NCBI GenBank assembly: GCA_002269645.1
Contig: NIVC01000110.1
Location: forward strand, 62,001-126,000
Direction of reading: 5' to 3'
Length of the DNA stretch: 64,000 bases
From: Macrostomum lignano
Lineage: Eukaryota
The notes under the pieces were generated by a model that made no database searches, was not told where the DNA came from, and saw only the letters and a program-made list of their open reading frames with translations. Positions 56,231-64,000 of this stretch are shown here, one piece after another (positions within the stretch are counted from its first letter, which is position 1; every line of letters starts with the position of its first letter). The position numbers were made by a program, and so were the translations under genes.

Positions 56231-56874
56231 CGCCTATTTGTCCTCATGTCTGTTATTGTCTGTTTGTCTTTCAATTCCATATGTGCAAGGTACTTCGTAG
56301 AACATGAAGCATTAAAACAACCAGACAGTCCAAAATTGTTTATAATTTGATTCTAGCACTGCCACCACAAAACGGAAGCAAATAAAGGTTCAATGCACTT
56401 TTATATTTATTGGCCAGGCGTTTGTAATTTCTGTATTTAAACAAAATACAACAAAAGCATGTAGATTAATGGCACAGACATAGGGAATAACAGACCATAT
56501 ATGCGTACTAATTATAGTTACTGAATATTTTACACTTAAGCTGTTAAGTCTTGCCACGCAAGAAATGCTTTGATGACTTAACTGACTTAGACTATAGTAA
56601 TTAGCATGAATCATTATACTAAACTTGCAAGTTCAATAAGATAGCTGTATTAAAGAAATGCAAAATAAATAAATATTTTATGTAAACTTGAGCAAGAATA
56701 ATCTATTGGAGCACAAATTTGCAGTTAGCCTGTTCAGACATAGGAAATGCACCAGACATGCCACTGCACAAGGCATTGAAATTTTACACACTGAAGACTA
56801 CCAGCATATACCAGACTATTGCGGACCAAAATCTCTAGCAATAGACAGTGAGTCTTATTCAGCTACAAAACACC

Positions 56875-57650
56875 ACAATCTCACCCATTAGACAGTAGAA
56901 TCTCAACCATTAGAACCTTGAATCTCACCCATTAGAACCTTAAATCTCACCCATTAGACAAATGGAATCTCACCTATTAGACACTAAGAATCTCACCAAT
57001 TAGACACTAGAATCTCACCAATTAGACACTAAGAATCTCACCAATTAGACACTAAGAATCTCACCAATTAGACACTATAATCTCACCCATTAGACACTAA
57101 GAATCTCACCAATTAGACACTAAGAATCTCACCAATTAGACACTATAATCTCACCCATTAGTACCTTGAATCTCACTCATTAGACAAATGGAATCTCACC
57201 CATTAGACAAATGGAATCTCACCTATTAGGCATAGACACTAGAATCTCACCCATTAGACAAATGGAATCTCACCTATTAGGCATAGACACTAGAATCTCA
57301 CCCAGTAGACAAATGGAATCTCACCTATTAGGCATAGACACTAGAATCTCACCCAGTAGACAAATGGAATCTCACTCATTAGACTCTAGAATCTCACCCA
57401 TTAGACACCGGAATCTCACCCATTAGACACTAAGAATCTCATTAATTAGACACTAAGAATCTCATTAATTAGACACTAGAATCTCACCTACTAGTCACTA
57501 GAATCTCACCTATCAGACACTAGAATCTCACCCATTAGACACTAAGAATCTCACCCATTAGACACTAAGAATCTCATTAATTAGACACTAAGAATCTCAC
57601 CTATCAGACACTAGAATCTCACCCATTAGACACCAGAATCTCACCCATAA
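56875..57650 (+). repeat. 21/22-bp degenerate minisatellite (AGAATCTCACCCATTAGACACT)
   Basis: Direct reading. Confidence 0.9.
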
Positions 57651-57727
57651 AAACTACAAACATAAGAATCTCACGCAACAGTCTGCAAAAGCATGAGTAA
57701 CCGCTAATTTAAAAGGTACAGCTGGTG

Positions 57728-60089
57728 TCAAAGAGAGGACAAACTTCTGAGCAGGCAGTCCAGACTCAAGCGCTGCTCAGGATCAGGCCTAATCAACCGC
57801 AGCACCAAATTGTACATGGAATCCAGCATCGCCTGCGGCTTATCGATGAGTCCACTCTCCAGCAGTCTCAGCTTCTCAGCCTCATCCTCGGCGCTATCCA
57901 TGGAAGCTGGAATCCGTCTCCCAGCCGCCTCGATCAGGCACAGGCCAAGCGAGTAATTGTCAACCAGACGAGCATCCGGATGGCGCTGAAGGTCCAGCGC
58001 GTCCATCGGCATGAACCGGCCAGCGCCATCCTCCAGATTGTCAATATCGCGCCAGTCTCGGGCGTGTCCGAAATCGCCCAGCTTGAAAATCAGTCGGTCA
58101 ACTCGCGATGCGGCCAGCCTGGCTAGGGAGGCGCGCCTCGCTAACGGCGCCAGACTCGGCGGCAGGCTGGCGCGCGGCGCCTTCAACAAGATATTGCCAG
58201 TGCTGCAGTCCAGATGCGCCAAGCCCTCGGAGTGCATAAACTCTAGGGCGCTGCCAATTTCCAAGCCTAATTGACGCTGGCGATGAGGCGGCAGGTGGCG
58301 ACGCTGCTGAGGCGCTGACAGGCTGGTGAGCTGCTCGTCTGCCAGGTAGGAGGCCAGACAGAGGCCGTTGCAGAACTCCAGCTGGATGTACAGCCGGTCG
58401 AACTGGACCCAGCAGCCGTAGTAGGACACAATATTGGGATGGTGCTCGCTGAGACTGGCCATGGCCCACAGCTCCTGCGGATATGCGTATGTGAATTATA
58501 TACCGATACGTATCGAAAATACAAATTAAATCAATAGTAGCCCAGTGGTCAAGCATGGAGCTTTGATGTCACATTAATTAACGGCCTTGATGGGCAACTC
58601 CCAATTCACACTGAAGTGTACATGCCTATAACGATAAATAAAGTTAGGGCCGCTGTACACTCCTATGTGAGTGTGTGCCTGCTCAGGGGAGTCGGCGGAA
58701 TGGTCGCCTAAAGTGTGCCAGTGTGCACACAGCTCCGTTTCTCTAAATAACCACAAAACAAAATCCCCTGGCACTAATAACAATAAGAATTGACAAACAA
58801 TGACAAATCCTCACCTGAATTCCTTCTCGAGTCTGCGCAGACGCGGTCGGGCCATCTCTATGCTTCCTAGTTTGAGCAGTTTTGATGCAGTAGATGCAGC
58901 CATCCAGCCGGTTGATAGCGGAGAACACGTAGCCAAAGGAGCCGCTGGCCAGCTGCCTCGTGTTGGCCAGGTCAGTCAAGTCGAATTCCTTCGACAGACG
59001 GTCCGAATTCAACAGTCGCTCGTCCACCACTCGACCCCAGCCGGAGCCGCTGTTGCTGGCGCCGACGGAGTTCGAACTGCTACTAACGGAGGCCGACGGA
59101 TTGCCGCAGCTCAGCCGGCGTCGGCCGTCCGGAGTGCAGCGGTTGATGTTGGAACCGGACAGGCGGCTCAGCACGCCTGACTGTCTGTACATTCGGAGCT
59201 GAGCAGCTCGCAATGTCTGCAACAACTGATCGGAAGCAGACTGGTGCATTGTAGCTGGGGAGGGATGATGCTGCTGCGATGGCGCCACTTGCTGGTGATG
59301 CTGGGCCTGCTGAGCATGACTACGCGTCATCAGATACTTCGGCGGCGGCATCAGCAGAGCGTCGGGGTCGACCGGATTAGCGGGGGCGGCAGCGGCAACA
59401 GCTTTGCTATTGTTATTTTCGCTTTGTTGCTCGTCATCTTCGTCGAATGTTAAAACTCGATTAACGGCCAGATTGTTGCTTCCAGTTTGCTGCTGCTGCT
59501 GTTGCTGCTTTGAGTAGCCAAGCATGAGCATCTTAGCTGGCGCCGTCTGCAGCTGGTTATTACTAAATCGACGCAACCGTCTGGACAGCATATTTCGCTC
59601 CTCGGCGACAATTCTAAAGAACTGGTTGGCCTGTTCGCGAACCACCGGCAGGTCGCTGCTGCCGCTGCTGCCTCCCACGCTGCAGTCTCCGGCTCCGCCA
59701 GCCGCTCCGATGCCAAGCAAGGAGCCACTGCTAACAGACGATGGAGGCGTTGTTGGAGACGGAGTCGACAAACCGACAGGATTGTTGGCAGCAGCCACTG
59801 CCTGCTGATGCTGGGGCTTGACGCCAGCAGCCTCGCTAACAAGCGATGGTATTCGAGCTTGTCGAACTTGGCGATACCGAAGTCCCAGCGGTGTCGACAG
59901 GGCCGGATGATGCAACAGGTATTGAGAGTCCAGCTGCTGAGGCGGTGTTGCCGCATCGTCTGCAACACCTACAGCTGCCGCTGATGCCTCTGTAGCCTCT
60001 GTTGGTGCAATCGCTTGATCAGCGTCTGAGAGACAGCAGACCTCCATTTCCATGGAGCAGTGCTGAGATGTGTCATCAGATATGTCCAT
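57728..60089 (-). CDS. WEE1: Wee1-like protein kinase, divergent; exons 60089-58815 and 58474-57728
   Basis: Wee-box-like NINRCTPD, RLSKEF, LASGSFGYV, RLDGCIYCIK, ELWAMA..HPNIVSYY..W..LYIQLEFCNG, LAHLD..N, KLGDFGH, EDG.GRF, LIRPDPEQR. Donor CAG|gtgagg and acceptor ccgcag|GAG in phase 0. Start ATG (MDISDD) is inferred. Confidence 0.85.
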
Positions 60090-62868
60090 GTCTGAGTTGC
60101 TAGCATACAAAATCGTCCTCACTTTGCAATGAAAATGGCTGGAAAAGGTCAATTATATACTTTAACATTCCACTGTAATTTTACCTCAAAATCAATAAAA
60201 ATACAAACATCTCTACCCTACCAATTACACTGCTAAGCTTAGCAGCCAGATGAATAGTAATAAACTATTATTACTATAATAAACTACATAAACAACTTAT
60301 AAACAACATTTAATTACTTATAGTAATATTTCTTGCTAAATAATAAAAAATAATTAACATTCCTTTATCATTTATGCTCTTATCCATATAAATATAATGA
60401 ATGGAATGCTTGAGCAACAAAAATATTTAATGCAATTTGACACTTAAACAAGTAGAGTTAATAAACAATCTTGACGATGTGCATGTTAACTTTAGTTGTA
60501 TTTTTTATCTTGTCACAACTAGAAAATAAAAGTTTTTCTTTGTTGTGCTTATGTTTTGAATAATTTAAACATTAAAAAATGCATTCAGCTTGGTTTTTAA
60601 ACAAGAAAAGCTACTTTTTATTGATGGCAACCACTTCCTAGTTTTTTTGGGATTATAGTTATTTTGGTAAAAAGACATTTGTTAACATTTGTTTGGGCAA
60701 CAAGCAAAAGTCATTTTAGAATTCCAATTATAAGATCCTTGGTAATAATCATTTTAGAAAAAAATATCGAAAGTGAAAACTTAATTATTTTCTAATTTAA
60801 ATGAAATTTTAGAAATAAATGAAATATAAAAATCAACAAAAAACTAAAAGCTAATATTATGAAATGCCTATCACTAAAATGACTATTAACTAAATAATTC
60901 ATTTTTATAGTGTGTTTGTTATAGAAGCAAATTTACTACCAAAATGACTATTTGTTAATTATATCCATTTATTATACTAAGTGTGCAGGTGCCAGTTGAT
61001 TTGGTAACAAGTTGCTTCTATGATAGACACAATTCACCTTTGGTGAAAAATGGAATATTTGGTGAGTTGGTCATTTTAGTGATAGGAGGCACTTCATAAT
61101 ATTAGTTTGTAGTTATTTCTATATTGTATATATCTTTAAAAAATGAGTAGAGCTCCCTATTTTGAAGAAAAAATTAAATTAACATATTGTTTCATTTTTT
61201 TGCAGATTGTTTCCCATTTCTTCCCAGAATATTCAGACATTTAAACCTAGACTAAAAGCTCTATGTTTATGAGGATCCTTATGAAATGAGAAAAGCAATA
61301 AGTCTATGGGGGTTTAGAAGTTACAATAAATATAAAAGACTGCAACTGTATGAAGTCAATAAACAAAATCAATTAAATCAATACTTTACTATTTTATAAC
61401 AATCTAAACTTTTAGGCTTTATTTAACTTAAGATTGGCAAGATAATTTTATGCTAAAAACTAAAACAGCTATCATCAAAAGGTCTTCTTCAAAAGTCAAG
61501 AAAATGACTTTTGCTTATTACTAGAACAGTTGTCATTAAGACATTCTGTTACAAAAAATTATTAAAATAAATATACAATGTTAGTTTAGCAAGTCTAGCA
61601 TATAGGCCAATATAAAAAATATATTATATTTTTAGTATAGGCCTAAGCCCTATAGGCTAGAATACTTAGTACATATCCAAAAAAATGAATAGTTATAAAT
61701 GTATACCAAAAAAAATTTTGTGCATGCCTACTCTGAAATCTATGCTCATGTTGCAACAATAAATGACATTTTTTGCATTGTGACAATAAATACCTTTCTA
61801 TATTATGTAAGGAATATTTTTTGGCAGATAATTTAGTTGCTTTTTTATCTTTGCCTATACTAGGTGCCTATCTATAGTGGGAAATTTATATGTACAAACA
61901 TTTGTTTAAATGCTATGATACAAGCTTAAAAACTGGAAAGATTTGAATTTTTTATATACTATATGATCTAGAGTTTGGCCTAAGCACAACATGGAATAGG
62001 CCATGGTGTAGGATATCACTATTTTATTTTCCATAGAGGCAGATTTAGAATTATCTACATTATTTAAATCTAAATAGTGATTAATTTTTTAGCTATTACC
62101 AATCCTAGGTTAATCCATTTCTGCTGCTTTTCATCCACATTTAACCAATATATCCATTCTACATCTACATCTATTTCTGCCATCCGAATTTTACCTCTTA
62201 GCCTATTTCTATATTCTGCATTTTATCCACTGCATCTGGTCTATATCTGCATCCATATCCACATTTTATCTGGTACACTAAATTATTTCTAGATTGACAT
62301 AATTTACAATAATAAAAATGCTTTGTATCTAATAATAATACTAACTAGGTATTTATAATAAAATAATTTATAAAAAACATTTAAAATAGACTATAGAGCC
62401 CTAGCTTTAGGTCTAGGCCTAGTTTTAAAAGTTTAAAAATTCATTAGGCCCTAACTTACTCCAAAGCTATTTCTTATTGTCAATATCAAAGGTTTTCTTT
62501 TTCTTTTCAAAAAGGCCCCTAATAAAAGTTATATAAAATAGGCTCTAGGGTAAGGCCTAGCCTATACTTGACTAGGGCCTAAGGCTAGACTAGGGCCTAA
62601 AGGTAAAGTTAAAAAAATAACAAAATCATTGTGACTTTTTTAAGTTGAAGTTTTAAGCTTCTAGTTTTAGACTAAAATGGAATTGACATTTTTATTATTT
62701 TAAACAATAAGCTTAATAAATATTTAAATTTCTCTGCACTAGGCCTTATTACCTATTTATTGCTTGGTCATTTTGTAGACTAGAAATGTTAATGGATAGA
62801 CAAATAAATAGGCCCAATTCTTAAATAGTCAACATGACCATAAGGATAATGTAGGGCCTAGGCCCCCT

Positions 62869-63625
62869 GGATGCCTGTCAAAACGGCCACACGCGGAACG
62901 GCCACACGACAAAACGGCCACATAAAACAAAAAGGGTTGCAGATTGACTTTGTTCTATTTGTTATGTTAAGGAAGCTTTGTTATGTTAAAGCAGTAGCAG
63001 CTGAGCTGGGTGCTAGGAGGCAATTCAGACAAAACCATGGCATCGTCTCATTCTTCATGGCATTGTAGCAAGCTATAGAAATGGCTGCGTAGCAGCAGAT
63101 ATACAATAATTACCAATAACAGTTAATTCAAATAATTACAACTATAACAGCATACTATAAATAGCAACTCACCTTTCAGACAAAGTTGATTGTGCCATCT
63201 GCTGCAGCGATTGCAGCACAATGCATGCTGGCGAGGTCTGACTCTAAGTAGACACTTTGGACAACTGACGTCCATTGTTAAAAATGAAAAATGAAATGAA
63301 AAATTTCGCATCAAAGATAACTACTAACTGCCATAAGATATTTTGCGCTGTTGTTAAATTGTTATTTGAGTAAAGGTGGATGGTTGCAGCTCCTCTCTCT
63401 GCAACCATCCACCTTTATTCTTAATTGACCAGTGCCTTGGCCCCCATGTATGTATGCCACCCCCCCCCCCGATTGTTCATCATTTATCTTTCTACTTAAA
63501 TGTACATTCAACCCTCCACTTCTCTTATCTCTTATTATTACAAATTATTACATCGTGTGGCCGTTTTGATGGTGTGGCCATTTTGTCGTGTGGCCATTCC
63601 ACATGTGGCCATTTTGACGGCACCC
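62869..63625. mobile_element. Mutator (MULE)-like non-autonomous element with GGCCAC subterminal repeats and a 9-bp TSD
   Basis: Left GGATGCCTGTCAAAACGGCCAC versus right reverse complement GGGTGCCGTCAAAATGGCCAC. Flanks AGGCCCCCT (62860-62868) and TGGCCCCCT (63626-63634) match at 8 of 9. Confidence 0.78.
62981..63275 (-). CDS. Spliced 68-aa PHD-finger-like mini-ORF inside the MULE-like element; exons 63275-63173 and 63084-62981
   Basis: MDVSCPKCLLRVRPRQHALCCNRCSRWHNQLCLK|AISIACYNAMKNETMPWFCLNC...*. Donor AAA G|gtgagt and acceptor acgcag|CC in phase 1. Confidence 0.6.
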
Positions 63626-64000
63626 TGGCCCCCTATATAAAAGCACATATTAATATTTGTCAGACTTAAAGAAGTGCCAAGCCAATAAAAACACACCAAG
63701 ACCATTAAAATATTGCCTTTTCTTACTATTCTGTTTGTTGTCTAAAGCAAAAAAGCATAGGGCCTAGGCCTACTGTGGTGACTCGCCTTTGACTGGCTGT
63801 GAGCTGTGACCTGTGAGTAGGCCCTACTATACTAGGCCTACTTATGCGATACTCCTTCGTCCTTAATAGGTTTTAGTCACAAGCGAACTAGGGCTGGGTT
63901 CGTCCAGAGCTAGGTCTACTAAAAGCTCTAGGGCAATAACTAGGCCTACTAACATGACAAAAGTTGAGAATAGGCTATCTACTATCTAGGCCTAGGAGGT

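Noticed and set aside
55599-56350. ORFs 55599-56207 and overlapping frames
   Set aside because: Mostly microsatellite translation; the unique N-terminal part matches nothing I recognise.

Overview
Eukaryotic (metazoan) genomic DNA with GC-rich exons separated by AT-rich or minisatellite-filled introns. The style resembles a free-living flatworm such as Macrostomum lignano, which is an inference only. Genes read by eye: class 2 DHODH (+, 5' end outside the window or upstream of the first repeat); a single-exon Shaker/Kv1 channel whose S4 lacks one gating-charge triplet; an approx. 20-exon, approx. 2,000-aa minus-strand gene that the ORF track does not assemble (MGxxxS N-terminus, 6-7 cupredoxin-like repeats without copper ligands, a CHB_HEX_C/Fn3-associated domain, six FN3 domains); an intronless phospholipid-scramblase gene nested on the same strand in an intron that splits that gene's last FN3 domain, with a duplicated CRE+CCAAT module upstream; stomatin; a disabled RUNX Runt-domain exon; and a divergent Wee1-like kinase. 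Mobile DNA: a mariner (DD34D) with an intact ORF but one TIR, inside a 29-bp satellite; a foldback element; a nested TIR composite carrying a THAP fragment; and a MULE-like 9-bp-TSD element carrying a spliced PHD finger. There are more than 25 tandem arrays and an approx. 2-3.5 kb tandem duplication. All splice sites, alignments and family calls were made manually without database searches. Assembly or long-read errors cannot be excluded.
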